From Eledone cirrhosa (lineage: Eukaryota): DNA of 64,000 nucleotides. This document shows, piece after piece, positions 12,730 through 26,757 of this stretch. The translations under genes were made by a program, and so were the position numbers. Below the pieces are notes generated by a model that did not search any database, was not told where the DNA came from, and saw nothing but the letters and a program-made list of their open reading frames with translations. The DNA lies in the NCBI GenBank assembly GCA_964016885.1, contig OZ024741.1:365986001-366050000 (forward strand), read 5' to 3'. The stretch's first letter is position 1. Every line of letters begins with the position of its first letter.

Positions 12730-12900
12730 ATATATATACATGTATATGTGTGTTTGTATGTGTGTTGGTGTGTGTGTGTGTGAGTGCATGCTTGCGGGTA
12801 TTTGTACATATTTAGTTTAGTATAAGTATCATGTTTCTATGGGTTAGTATTAGTTGTAGTTGATGTGAATAAAATAATGACCGTTCCATCTTTTGCTGTT

Positions 12901-13405
12901 AAAATTTCAATTTGAATATAAACAATTTTTTTTTTAAATACCTTGGTATCATAGAACTGAGGGTTGTTTCAGATGGTTTAGTATCAAATGTGTTAAAACA
13001 ATAATACGTGAAATGAGGAGAAGATATGGAGTTTGCTATTTATTAGTACTAGGGTCAACAAACGCGTACATACAAACACATGCATACACATACACTCAGG
13101 GCGTAACTTTTGCACCACCCCTGCCTTTCTTTTACTCATACATAAATTCACGCAAGCAGCAGACGTAAAGAGAGAGGAGTAGTATGAGGTAGTCAAACTA
13201 CTACTCTTTCTTTACATGTTGACAGAATCGCAGAAATTTATATATAGATAGGAAAATTTCAATTTGAATATAAACAATTTTTAAAAAAATACCTTAGTAT
13301 CATAGAACTGAGGGTCGTTGAAATGCATTAAGACACTAATGTGTGAAACGAGGACGAGGAGATATGGGGCTTGTTATTTATTAGTACTAAGTTCAACAAA
13401 CGCGG
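12901..13405. repeat. Local direct duplication, offset ~350 bp
   Basis: AAAATTTCAATTTGAATATAAACAATTT at 12901 and 13253; GATATGG..TATTTATTAGTACTA..CAACAAACGCG in both copies. Confidence 0.8.
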
Positions 13406-13489
13406 AGAGGAATCCCTTGTTGAGTCTATCTGCATTGAGTAAATTCAGTGTGTGAAAAGTAAAAACATGATAGTAACGCATTTATACCT

Positions 13490-13527
13490 GCAACAGCAGC
13501 ACCAGTATGAGCAGCAATAGTAACACT

Positions 13528-13577
<50 letters not shown>

Positions 13578-13642
13578 TAATAATAGCAATGATATTCTAC
13601 AATAACAAAAGCTACTTATTACTGCTACCACTATTGCTGCTG

Positions 13643-13702
<60 letters not shown>

Positions 13703-13736
13703 ATAATAATAATAATAATAATAATAATATTACTAT

Positions 13737-13784
<48 letters not shown>

Positions 13785-13945
13785 CTCAAACACCACCAGC
13801 AACACTATTACTGTCATGACTACTGGAACAATCATTATCAACACCAACATCCTCCACATCCACCACCCCCACTAGTAGTAGTAGTAGTAGTAGAAGTAGT
13901 AGTAGTAGTAGTGATGGTGGTATTAGTAGTAGTAGTGGTAGTCAT
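13490..13945. repeat. Compound trinucleotide microsatellite (AGC)n(ACT)n(AAT)n(ACT)n...(AGT)n
   Basis: Directly visible. Confidence 0.95.
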
Positions 13946-14380
13946 GTTAGTGGAAGACATATTTTGACCTGCTAGAAATAGCAGTGAAATCACCCTAAAA
14001 TTATATTTAAAAGCTAATGTATTAGATATTGTATTCTGCATCTTTACAGCCGGCTGACCTTGGAATAAGCAATATCATCAACAACAACATCATCTTCATT
14101 AACAACACCTGAACACTTTTACACGTTAAGATATAGATGTTTGGCTGTATATGGATATCTGCTAATTTGCAATTTCACAACAATAACAACTACAACAGCA
14201 ACAAAATCTACTGCTAGTCCTACTGTCTTTTGTGTTTTGTTGTTGTCGTTTTTGCTCCTGAATTTAAGGAATAGAGGTAAAGGACCCTTAACTCTTAAAA
14301 AATTCATAGGGTGGGTCATACTGACAGTCTTGATGACTATGCCTCAGCACGGCTACAGTCCAAAAATGAAACAATTAAAC

Positions 14381-14566
14381 TTTGGCAGTATCAGTGGAGC
14401 CTCAGACACCATGTTTTGCAGCATAGAGTTATGGCTCTTTAAGCTCTGAGTTCAAATCCTGCTGAGGTTAGCTTTGCCTTTATATCCTTACGGGGTCGAT
14501 AAAATAAGGCACCAGTAATGCACTGGGATAATGGCTAGTCTTGTGCTTAAAGTAGAAACAATTATT
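14381..14566 (+). mobile_element. SINE family 1
   Basis: TGGCAGTATCAGTGGAG...GAGTTCAAATCCTGCTGAGG...AAAGTAGAAACAATTATT. Confidence 0.8.
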
Positions 14567-14569
14567 TCC

Positions 14570-14960
14570 TTCTCAGTTTGGAAGGTATGTTTCAGATGAT
14601 TCTGTCCTAGGTAGCGGTCAAGTACCATCTTTGGTAGGTATTTATACCATTTCTTGTTCGTTATCAAACCAAAGTGTTTACATATTGCCATACAGATATA
14701 ATCACCAAGTCGATCATATCATTTTATATATTCAGTTTTGGTAATGACAGGGCAACCTGAGATGATGTACCGCTGCCAGTATAATATTTTGTTTTTGTAC
14801 TTGTTACTGAGTATTGTCTCCTGTAGCTAAAATCGGAGCGTTTCTTCCTGTTTTTTTTAGTCCAGAATGCCACTCATAAGCTTTGCCTTGATCAACGTCT
14901 TCCCTGTTGTGTCTTAGGAGTTATTTGTCATGGAGTAGTTATTTTTCCACAATTTCTTCG
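14570..14960 (-). pseudogene. R4/Dong-like (RLE-type) LINE C-terminal remnant
   Basis: Hand translation IISGCPVITKTEYIK*YDRLGDYICMAICKHFGLITNKKWYKYLP resembles HI.SGC..LA..EY..RHD.V...IHW.IC......WY.H.P. Confidence 0.6.
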
Positions 14961-15090
14961 CCAGTATAAAATTGGCAATTCTATTTTTATTTTGTTTCTG
15001 TAACTTTTTATTGTTAATTTCTCATTTAAATCTGTTATTGCTCTGAAGTTAGCTTAAAGTGTGTACTTAATAGTTTCATTATATATATAC

Positions 15091-15449
15091 GGTCTGATTT
15101 CAAATCCCCCCCGCCCGCCGAGGTTAAATTTGCCTTTATCCCTACAGGATCAATATATTAAAGCACCAGTAATGCACTGGGATAATTGCTGGCCTTGTGC
15201 CAAAAGTAGAAACAATTATATATAAAGATAGGGCGATGGATTGGCAGTATCAGTAGATGGTCGGACAATATTTTTTGTGGCATATAGTTACTGTCCTTTA
15301 CGATCTGAGTTCAAATCCTGCTGAGATTAGCTTTGCCTTTCATCCTTACAGGGTCGATAGAATAAAGCATCAGTAACGCACTGGGGTCGATTTAGTCGAC
15401 TTTGCCCTTCCCTTCAAACTACTGGCCTTGTGCCAAATGTAGAGACAAT
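15091..15449 (+). mobile_element. Two adjacent SINE family 1 copies (partial 15091-15218; 15231-15449)
   Basis: Both carry TTCAAATCC..GAGG/GAGA TTA..TTTGCCTTT and the GGCCTTGTGCCAAA tail. Confidence 0.8.
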
Positions 15450-16361
15450 CTAAACTATAATAAAGTAAGGAGCGCGGTACTGCGTACGGTTTATAATTTT
15501 TTATCCCATTAGTAAAATAAGTTGGATTACTTTGAATAAATAATGAATGAATATTACATAATTTATCTACTAAATTTGGTGGCTATTGATTAAATATGTT
15601 TTGTTTATTTAAAGATTCACTTCTTTAAAATTTCTGAAATGTCAACACTTCCGGTTAGCGATCGCCTAAATAAACACTAATTTTCTGTCACTAATTTTCT
15701 CCTAATGCAGTTTATATATAATATCGTCTTTTCTAATGTATTATGGATTACGTTACTGATTACATAAGACAGTGCAACGTAGTCTTCGTTCAATTTCTGT
15801 GTATATTGTCAATTACGATTTTATTTGATGTATCATATCTACATGTATATATACCTGCATATAATATCAATATACACACTACACATGCTAGCAGAAAACC
15901 ACCCGGAGGGTGGTTTTTCTGCTAGTTATATATAAAGAGAAATGTTTTTTGTTGTTGTTGTTTTTGTATTTCTTTATTGTACTTGTCAGCTTTCCTTTGC
16001 TCATATTTAAATATTTCTGTCATCAGTCAGTTGTTACTTTGTATTACTTTTTTATTTGCATCAGATCCCCTCTCTTTGTGTGCGGGGTAGGTATATTCTA
16101 TCTATATCTACTTTCGCGACTTCAGAATATTGAAGGTGAAGTTTATAATTGGGATGGATAGCCTATTCATATCTAATATCTTATTCCTAGCAATGAGTCT
16201 GATTTTAATATCCGACATACTCTTCTGAAGTAGTTTTTCCAAATGTTTTTCTTATATATATATATATTTCTATAATCTATTCATTTAATCTACTTCTAAA
16301 TATTTGTGTGAGTGATTCTGGTCTAATTCTCTAATTTTTACATCTAATGAAATATTCTCAA

Positions 16362-16790
16362 TTCCAGTTAATTTGACTTTTCTTGTAGCAGCTTTGAAGG
16401 CGGGGAATTGGCAGAGTTATTAGAACGTCGGAGAGAGTGCTTTGCGGTATTTGTTTCGTCTCTGCTATCTGAGTTCAAATTCTGCCGAGGTCAACTTTGT
16501 CTTTCATCCATTCAAGGTCGATAAAAAAAGTAACAGTCTAATACTGGTGTCGACTCTTCCTCTATATTTCTTTCTCAGTTCCAGTTAATTTGAATTTTCT
16601 TAAAACAGCTTTGAAGGTGGCGAATTGGCAGAGTCAGATTAAACGTCAGATAGAGTGTTTTGCGGTATTCGTTTCGGCTCTGCTATCTGAGTTCAAATTC
16701 TGCCGAGGTCATCTTTGTCTTTCATCCATTCAAGGCCGATAAAAAAAAAGTACTGGAGTCGAGTCTTCCTTTATATTTCTTTCTCGCTTC
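16362..16790 (+). repeat. Tandem duplication (~217 bp) containing a SINE
   Basis: TTCCAGTTAATTTGA..GCTTTGAAGG..GAATTGGCAGAG..GAGTTCAAATTCTGCCGAGGTC at 16362 and 16579. Confidence 0.85.
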
Positions 16791-17065
16791 CTATCCTTCT
16801 GTGGAAAAAATCTACTATATTCCCACCTGAAGAGGAGATAGGCTCCACAGGGTTTTAAAGCTGCTCCAGAAACGCCATGTGCCAATGCAATGCCCTGACG
16901 ACTCCCCGGCAGTTCCGGAATTAGAAAAAAAAACATTAGCTTTGGCGTCTTTCACTAGTCCCATGATAATCGTTACGTCTTGAATTAATTTTGAGGCACT
17001 TACTGTTGTTCTGTTTTTGCTGCCCCTGTTGCTGCTGTTGCAAATGTTATTCATACAACTTTTGA

Positions 17066-17570
17066 CGTGACTGCGGTTGCTGCTGCTATTTTTGTTGCTG
17101 CAGTAGCTTCTGTTCCTGATGTTTGTGTTGCTATTATTGCTGCTGCTATTTTTGTTGCTGCTGTAGCTTCTGTTCCTGTTGTTTTTGTTGCTATTATTGC
17201 TAGCGTTGCTGCTGCTATTTTTGTTGCTGCAGTAGCTTCTGTTCTTGATGTTTTTGTTGCTATTGTTGTTAGTGTTGCTGCTGCTATTTTTGTTGCTGCT
17301 GTAGCTTCTGTTCCTGATGTTTTTGTTGCTATTATTGCTAGTGTTGCTGCTGCTATTTTTGTTGCTGCTGTAGCTTCTGTTCTTGATGTTTTTGTTGCTA
17401 TTGTTGTTAGTGTTGCTGCTGCTATTTTTGTTGCTGCTGTAGCTTCTGTTCCTGATGTTTTTGTTGCTATTATTGCTAGTGTTGCTGCTGCTATTTTTGT
17501 TGCTGCTGTAACTTCTATTCCTGATGTTTTTGTTGCTATTGTTGTTAGTGTTGCTGCTGCTATTTTGCCA
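17066..17570. repeat. 69-bp minisatellite, ~7 units, alternating variants
   Basis: Minus-strand ORF repeats the 23-aa unit ATAATKIAAATL(AI/TT)IATKTS(G/R)TE. Confidence 0.9.
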
Positions 17571-18059
17571 TTGTTGCTACTTACTTCTGGTGTCACTATT
17601 TCTGTTGGTGTTCTTGATGCATCTGTTGCTGCTGCACATGATTTTGACATTGTTGTTATTGCTGCTGTTGTCGCTATCACTATTAGTACTGATTTTGATG
17701 TGGCTGCTGCTGTTACTACTGCTGTTGCTCATATCTGCTCATATTGCAGCTGTTTTTGTTGCTGCTGTACTTACAGCTTTTATTGATATTGCTGATGTTG
17801 CCCCCTGCTACTACTGCTGCTGTTGTTGTTAATTATGTTGCTATTACTGATGATTTTGCTGTGGTTGCTATTGCTGCTGCTGTTGCTGCTATTGTTTTTG
17901 CTAATGCTGATATTATTGCTGCTGGCGTTGTTGCTGGTGTTGCTGCTGCTGTGTTTGCTGCTACTGCTATTTACATCACCATTAGTTTTGACAGAGATAT
18001 TACAGCAATACAGATTTACACCACACATCATAACTTATAAATACATATGCTGTTTTACT

Positions 18060-18860
18060 ATCAGCAATACTACTTCTACAACTATCAACCATCATTGCTT
18101 CCCTCAGCACACTCAGTTATTACTATCAGCACCACCTGCACCACCATCATCACCACTACCACCACCACCATCCTTATCACCAACACCACCACTATTACAA
18201 ACATCAACAGCACCTCTATCAGCAGCACTACGAAAACCAACAATATGACCAGCATGATTACCAGCATTACTACATCACCTACACTCCTCACCCCCATCCC
18301 CCCATCTCCTCCCATCACCCCATCAGCACTAACCCCCACCGCCACAACTATAACCATTGCCACCAGCACCACATTTACCATCATCATCACCACAATCATC
18401 TCTATCACCAGCAATACTAACATAAGTAGTGTCTCAGCACTCTCACCAGCATTACTACATCTATTACTGTCACCCCAACGACGACGGCCAAAATCACCAC
18501 AAACGCCAACACCATGACCATCACTGCCACCACCATCACCACCAGCACTATCATCGCTACTGCCATTACCACTACCACCATCAATACCGCCACAATCATC
18601 ATCGCTCCTACCAAAGCCGCCATAACAATCGCTACCAACAACACCACCACCATCACCATTACCAGTACCATTGCTTCTACTATTATTACAAGTACTATCA
18701 CCGGCATTACTACATCTACTCATCACTAGCAACACCGCAACACCCCAACACCAACATTACTTACAACGCCACCAACATTTCTACAATTACCAACACCTTC
18801 ATTACTACTACTATTACTAAAACTATTATCAACATAACACCACCAACACTAGCATTTGTG
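18060..18860. repeat. Degenerate (CAC/CAT/TAC)n low-complexity region
   Basis: Directly visible. Confidence 0.85.
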
Positions 18861-20029
18861 TAACTTACTAGCAAACTCTAAGTTGCCAAATGTGGAGATT
18901 AATTGGCGCGTTGATTATACTAGTGAGACTTACAACAGTCCGGACTGAGCATATCTATAACCAAAGATAATCCAACCGTGAGCATCCCGTTTTCTTCGAA
19001 CTACATTCTTTGTTTACATAAGGCAGCCAGGAGTAATTTAAGGAAGATTTTACTTCTATTTCAAGAAGGTCAATGCTTATTCGTTGACAATTTATGTTTA
19101 CAAATCGGTGAAACATTGAATAAAATTAGCCAACTTAGCGCCGTCTGTGTTTTTAATCATTGCTCTTGATATCATAAGTACTTGACCTGTATCTATACTG
19201 GGTTTGATTAAATGAAACTATTTCCACACCTGCATAAATTTAAGGACACGCAGCCAAGTAAGATAAGGCAAAATGTGATAGCTCTTATCTTCGGTAATGA
19301 TTGACCATGCGATGGTAACTACACCTGGAAAATTCATCTTCAAGGTGCAGGCCCGAGCAAAGAATGTTTTAGAAGAACAATGTTAGCCCGTACTTGCAGA
19401 TCTTCTCTCTCCGCTTCACCAATGATGTCCAAGGAAAAGGAAATGGCCGTTACAACTTGACACCAGAGATATCGTAGGCGAACGCAGAATGTGTCTGACA
19501 CTCTACAAATTCCACCAATTCACCGCTAAGGTCTGGTTTTATATTTATCGATCCTGAAATGGGAAAAAACTAAGTTGACTCGACAAGATTTGAACTCAGA
19601 CTAAAATGTCTGTAGTAAATCTTTCAACATTTTTACTGCATCTTGCGTATAATTTGTGTTATTTCTTAAATCAACTAACAGGTGATTCATCGTTGGGATT
19701 GTGCCACATTACGTCTCTATTTCACCTGTGTCCTTGATGAGGCCATACGATGCAAGGTCAAATAAAATATCTATATTTGCTTAGTGTACGCTCTGATAAA
19801 TTTTCTACAGGTCTCATTTTTATATCTGGCATTGGAGAAATATTTAACATTTTTTTGTAAAATTTCATTATCTGTAGACACGTTAGAAACATCTATAGGA
19901 GCAGGGTGGAGTAAGAAATCTTTCACAGATTTAATATTCATATTTGGGATTACTGGTGTGTAACATTCTTCATTTAACCCATCATGCCCAGCCGAATAGC
20001 CAACAGACGGACTCGACGAATTCTAAGCG

Positions 20030-20172
20030 AGCGCTTGACCTGCTAGAAAATGGCAGCCAAAGTTATCTCAAATCTCATCGTCTTATAAAAAAAGGATTAC
20101 TCCTGTAATACCAATGTAGTTATTGCGTTGTTCGATCAGAATTGATTTATAGCTAAACAACAACAACAACAA
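20030..20172 (+). repeat. Old interspersed repeat (CTTGAC..GCTAGAAATAGCAGCCAAAT motif, (CAA)n tail)
   Basis: Motif recurs near 13965, 20775, 21060, 22143, 28548, 35815, 37060 (minus) and 55535. Confidence 0.65.
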
Positions 20173-21143
20173 CCAGGTGATAATTTTGTTCTGCCACATG
20201 TTATACCATAAACATTAAGAAAAGAATAAGATGATGAAAAAAGTATTAAAGAAACAAACTGTCTTTATCAATTCTCAGATAACAGCAATACTACAAGCCT
20301 TTTACTCCAGTAGACTCTCAGGTCCTTTGCAAAACATCAAGTAGATGTTGCTTCATTGTTCCAGCACGGCTAGAATGATGAATACGTTACTCTGGAACAT
20401 GAGCGAGGGGGGTGCGCTGAGTAAGACAGTCAAACTTACGCGAAATAGCCGTCTTGAGATTACATATCATCTAAGAAAATGAAAATTAAAGTGACTGGTG
20501 ATGTGGAAGTAAAGTATTCTTAAAATACAAACCAGTTTCGTTACTCATTTTCTTATTAATACATTTCATTTATCATCCATATGGATTCCTCTTAGAAATA
20601 CAATATCTCAATCCATTACTTGTTTGTACTCGTGGTGTGTCTTTGATCACACCTTGTCGAAGAATGACATTAGTTAATACATTGGCAAAGTCCTGATCAT
20701 CATGAAATTTCACACCCTCCTTTCAGATCCCATCCCTATGGCAAAAACCAGTAATGAGTAGCTTTACGAGGTCGCTTGACTTTCTAATAATAGTAACTGA
20801 ATGTTGCTAAAAAATAGTCATATTGGATAATTTAGTCCTAAATAAACTGCTTCGGGAGACGGGAGGAGCACGGCTGGCATACCTTTTCCTCCAGATTTTA
20901 TTGGTTTAGCTAAACCCACACCAGCAAACAACATTAATCAATTTAAAGCAGAGTAGATCAGAACGTTTTCTAAAAATCTCTTATATGTTTGTGATTTCCC
21001 AAAGAACATTAACCACTGAGCGTATTGTCACAAAACTAACAACAAAGCTTCTAGTTGGTCACTTGATCGGCTAGAAATAACATCCAAATCTTAAATGAAA
21101 CACTTTACCGTCTTAAAAAATAGAATGATACATTTGACAATAT

Positions 21144-21243
<100 letters not shown>

Positions 21244-22459
21244 TTGATCATCGGTCTGCTTAGTCAGGCGAAACGAAAGAGCGGGCTAAACATTAATAAC
21301 AAAAAAAGCGTGGTGCAAAATCTTGTTCTATGAAAATTATTGCATACCTCGCGGCGATATTTACAAATATTAAGACAAGGGCAAAGGTTTAGTAGAAATA
21401 AATGTACCCTGGAGTAGCTGTCTCGTGGTATTAAAACTTCACTCTATGGATTGTGTATTCACATATTCAAAATTGCCGTCAGCAACACTATATTCTATTA
21501 CTCATAAACACAGCATTATCAAATGTTTAAGACGTTCGCTTTGCAATCGTTAGATCCCGGGTTCGATACAATTTTGTGACATCTTTGGAAGGTATCATTT
21601 CTGAATGCCTCGGCTCAACCTCCGACTTGCAACTGAAATTAGGATGAGAAACTTTGGACGCCTGTCAGATGGATAGTAATTGTAATTCAAAGGGCCAGCT
21701 TTGTAACATGAGAATTACATTATGGGCACACGTGTTTGAGGAATGCTCAGCCACTTCTACGTCGATTTCATGAGCAGGTTGATTTCATTTCTGTTATTGG
21801 GTCTTAGTTTGAGGAAATTAGAAGCAAGTCAAGTTTGCTATCAACGTATCATGGTCAATAAATAATCTTTGAATCAGGTGGCAGTTTTGGCTCTGTGTTC
21901 AAATCTGAGTTCAAATTTCATTTTCAGTTCAGATCCCACCAGACAGATGCTAAGCTAACTAAATCTTCATATGATCAATTCATAACAGCAACAATAACAA
22001 CAATAACAACATAACAGCAACCAAAATTATATGGATTGAATAGTTTCCTCGCCAAAAATGTCTATGTTAAAGAAGGAACATTCTCGTTTGCGATATACAC
22101 GCAAGCACACGAGTCAGCAAGTGTGTATCTATGCAACCCCTCGACTTGTTAAAAATAACAGCTAAATCTCTCTCAAATCATATTTTCCTGATTTAAGTAA
22201 AAAAGGGAACAGTTAAAGATGGGATGGTGATGACAGGAACAACTATGATCATGCGTATGCTCAATTAGAGTCAACTTCCTTTCTTTTCATTTTGTTCAGT
22301 AACTCCTGATAGAGTTGACATACGGCGTTTCTTGGGTATTTTAATCCTGGCGGAGTCCACCCCTCTCCAAGCCTGAGTGCAGAAGATTTCTTCCAGAGAA
22401 AGATAGGGTGAGAGATAGGAAATGAGAAAGAAATACAGAGGAAAGGTCGACCCAGAAAT

Positions 22460-22586
22460 AGACTGGTACTTTTTTATCGACCTCGAAAGGATGAAAGCAA
22501 AGTTGAACTCAGAGAGCAGAGAGATGTAAGGAATGCAATAAAGCTTTCTATCGGACGTTCTAATGGCTCTGCCAATTCGCCGCCTA
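22460..22586 (-). mobile_element. Decayed SINE family 1-related copy
   Basis: CTGGTACTTTTTTATCGACCTCGAAAGGATGAAAGCAAAG..CTCTGCCAATTCGCCGCC. Confidence 0.7.
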
Positions 22587-23644
22587 GGCTTAGCTTACCT
22601 AGGACTAAATAACAACAACAATAACACCACAATCAAGACATACAAACACATACACGTCACACTTTCGTACATTTTCACTATGCACACGAAAAAAAAAAGA
22701 AAACAAACAAACAAAACATATTGCTAAGGACGTGTATGTGAGATTTGAGTAACGTGAATTAGAGTGTCTTGTTGAAGGTCGAAACGGGCAGTTATGAATC
22801 GATCTTACAACGATACGATCGTGAATTGCAAAACCTAATTACTAAGAGACACACCTTCACTCTCAAATATACACACATGTATATGTACGTATAGTTTATA
22901 AGATGGCATATGTGCATAGATTACGATATTCATATACATGCATAAGTGTATAATTCATATTAATGCATTAAATGTGCTTGCATTTATTTGTACGCACATG
23001 TGATATGATATTCAGAGACAAATGTAATTAATGACGTGTATTATTCATGACAGAGGAAAGTGATATGTTATAATGAAACCGTGATTCGATCACGTGACTA
23101 TATTTGGTAATTATGTTGTTGTTTATTTGTCAAAATGTGTGTACATTTCTATGGATATGAGCGTGTAGGTAAATATATATATGGGTACGCTCATGTATGT
23201 AAATACATATATACGCTCATATATATACACGGTCATGTACGTGCATGTGTATACATATACACGCTCATGTATGTGAATGTATATACATATACACATTCAT
23301 GTACATGTATGTATATGTGTATGTATATACATATAAGCGCTCATCTATATGTGTTTTCATGTATATATAGCATACACATCATCAACATCTCTGTTTTTAT
23401 GTATCCTTTTCCAAAGGGGCACGTATCGGTCTGGACTTTTCTAGGCAATGTTTTACGGCCCTTATTAACACCAAACCTGTAAGTCGTATTTTGTAACTCG
23501 TAAAAATACTGTCTACCTATTCTAAACACCCAGATATGCATACATACATAAATACATACATGCATACATACTTACGTACGTACGTACGTACGTACGTACA
23601 TACATGCATACATATATACATACGAACATACATACATATATACA

Positions 23645-23680
<36 letters not shown>

Positions 23681-23782
23681 CATACACACATTCATACATA
23701 TATATATATATATACATACATACGTACGTAGGTATATACGTAGGTACAGAGGTACGTAAGTACGTACATATATACGTACATA

Positions 23783-24317
23783 CATGATGGCTGCCTCCTC
23801 GTTATCGAGTATGGCCATTGCACGATATACCATTATTAATAATTATTAATTAATTCTATCATGCCTGTGCGTGAAGATATTTTTTAAAGTGAGGAAAGAC
23901 TGTGCACTGAGCCAATCCCACTCTCTGAGCGACAGTAGCTATAACCCGAAAAGAAGAAAATATCAACATCATCGGTAACTACTGAGATGCAGGTTTTATA
24001 TCGGAGTTATCCCAGTTTCCTGAGTTGCCTTCTCCTAGAAGAATGCCCTGACAAAGGCTAGGGGTCCTTCACTCCCAGTGGTTTAACCGCGCGGTACATG
24101 TGTATATACATATTTACACACCTTTGGGTGGCCGTTGACTCTTATGAGTTCTTCCGCCCTTTGTCAGGTTTTGGTTTTTGTTCTGGAGGGTGTCCAAAAT
24201 CACCCTCGTCACCAAATAAACTTGGTGAGGTTGCCGGTTTAGTCGCCGAGGACCCGACCATGCAACAGGTTGTATTGGGTTTCATGTTACCAATAGCACT
24301 CAAGAGTGACCCGACAT
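23783..24317 (-). mobile_element. Non-autonomous RTE-related retroposon (family R), flanked by (CATA)n
   Basis: Highly similar to 56575-57207 in opposite orientation; 3' end GGCCATACTCGATAACGAG..GCCATCAT(GTAT)n. Confidence 0.85.
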
Positions 24318-24339
24318 ACATACATACATGCATATATGC

Positions 24340-25090
24340 ATACATGATGGCCGGAGACTCGTGTTTGAGCATTGCCATCAAAAATGTGAGGCACGAATGT
24401 GGCTTTTCAAACCAGCCAAAGACCTGCAACCTCTGGCACATACATGCTAACTGTAGACTTTCCACTGCTTCGTTCTGACTGTGCGTTTTCATGTCTTTTA
24501 AGAACTACCATGCTTGCACATTCCTTGCCACATTCCCTACATCTTTTCAGATCATGTTGTTCATAGTCTACATGAGGCCTACTAATATGACTTTGTTCGT
24601 GTTTAATCAGACCAGCTTTGCTCAGGCAGACTCGACCACAGAGCTGGCAAACCAGATGTTGCTCAACAGCAGGCAGTTAAGAACAGTCCCTATTCCTCGC
24701 CTTCCTTTTCAATGTTTTGCGTTCCCTTCGACGAGTTTCAAAGTGATTACTTCCTGACTTGTTCAAACGTCTCCATTTCACACGCTCTTCAGGCATTTTC
24801 TCCCATTCGTCAGATGAAATTCCATTTGCAAGCCAATGTGCCCTTGGCGCAATCCCGATATCGCATTTTTGGCTTGTGTGGTGGTCGGCTTCCTTCACAG
24901 AACCATGCATCGCAAAACATGTCACATACCAAGCGATGCCCGTGCTGGAAGCATTTATGTGAGGAAAGGATTTGCACGGAGCCAATCCCACTCTCTAAGC
25001 ATCAAATGTATTTGCCCAAAAAGAAAACTGGTCTACATCATTGGTTGCAAACGAAGTCATAGATTTTATATCAGAGTTACCTTCTTCTAG
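24340..25090 (-). mobile_element. Internally deleted RTE LINE: 5'-UTR-like piece joined to the ORF 3' end
   Basis: WEKMPEERVKWRRLNKSG..FETRR and CARGCRSLAGLKSHIR zinc finger; 24960-25090 matches family R. Confidence 0.75.
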
Positions 25091-25424
25091 AGGCTCTATA
25101 CATCCGTCTAGAATCTAGACGGATGTATTAATGAAGACTTGCCACTCTCGCCCGACAAAAAACAAATGAGTGTATCTTAGGGATGCAGGTATTATTCACA
25201 ACTATTAGGTACAGTGTTGGATATCACTACACGGAATCATGGGCAAGTTTCGTTACTATAACCTCGCGCCGATCCAAGTCTTGCCAGCAAAAACGCGGTA
25301 GAAAGAAACTAGAAGCCTGTCTAGGAATCGATCGATAAGTTCCCAGACCTCACTCGCTTACTAAGCGAAATGAGACCAAGGAAACGATATTTCCATTGGT
25401 CTTTTCATTGCAGATAACTGTTAT

Positions 25425-25552
25425 CGCAACCCTTGGCAGACAAAGCAACGTCAAATAATGCGTCTTGCTCAAGGACATAAAACATCGCTTGATCTGGGAG
25501 TCGAACTCGCAACCGCACAATTGCGAATCCAATTCTCTAACCACTAGGCCAC
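25425..25552 (-). mobile_element. tRNA-derived SINE, family 2
   Basis: Minus strand GTGGCCTAGTGGTTAGAG (A box), GAGTTCGACTCCC (B box), TGTCCTTGAGCAAGAC. Confidence 0.85.
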
Positions 25553-25600
25553 ATGTCTAATCCAAAGAACTCAATGACGCTCTATGGTTCGGTGAGTCTT

Positions 25601-25654
<54 letters not shown>

Positions 25655-25680
25655 TCTCTCTCTCTCTCTCCCTATCTCTA

Positions 25681-25804
<124 letters not shown>

Positions 25805-26026
25805 CAACAATGAAGTGCTCATTCTACTGACATGGCTATAAAATTGAGGCTTGTTTGTATAATTGCATACGAATCGAATGTTACTATTAATATTCGAAAA
25901 ACTCAGATTACATTTATTGTATTCAGCCATGTTGAGCGAACTTTTCTTTTTTTTTTATTATATATATATATATGTATATATGTATGTATGTATATGTATA
26001 TATATATTTATATATATACATGTATA

Positions 26027-26100
<74 letters not shown>

Positions 26101-26672
26101 GTGTGTGTGTAAAGAAGAAACGATTTATTACAATAAATATATTTATTAGTTTACGATTACTACAGCAGTAAAAGTCTTAACGTATCGAGCACTGATGCTA
26201 CATCATAGAAGAAAATCAGAAATTTTAAAATAATATAGAAGATAGAGAAGAGTAAGCTTATATATATTTGATTAATCCTACTGGGACAGAAATAGGTCTA
26301 GTAAAAATATAAAACGTTTAAGAAACATCAACACCTGTATTATTAGAAATACCAATCGTCCACTGTACAACACACACACACACACATTTATATATACGGT
26401 TGGATAATACATCTGTCCCTATATGTATTTTGCATGTAGGGATACATACCTTATTATTATTAATCTCTCCTGATCGAAATAACATTTTGGTCGTTTTAAC
26501 TGCTGCTATTTCTAGTGGCAGTAGATTGAACTTTCCGCCTCTGCCTTCTATCTTTACACACGGCACTGGACAGAATTGCTTCTTCATCATACACTCTCAT
26601 CTCTGGAACAATTTTGTATGACGCCAGATCGTGATTTGAACTCGAGAATTTTATATTCTCCGAGCGAAAAGA

Positions 26673-26757
26673 ACCCTTTGACGAAAGTCTTCCTTTTCAA
26701 TGGATTTCCGTACGGATTATCCATTTATTTCGAGACTTGAAACCGTACGGTAAGGGT
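26673..26757 (+). ncRNA. Type I hammerhead motif with extended stem II
   Basis: ACCCT-TTGACGA-AAGTCTT...GAGACTT-GAA-ACC-GTAC-GGT-A-AGGGT; C3U deviation. Confidence 0.7.

Noticed and set aside
13482-14041. Poly-L/V/T ORFs
   Set aside because: Trinucleotide microsatellites with no coding signal
18047-18863. His/Thr/Gly-rich ORFs
   Set aside because: Low-complexity triplet DNA that is open in many frames
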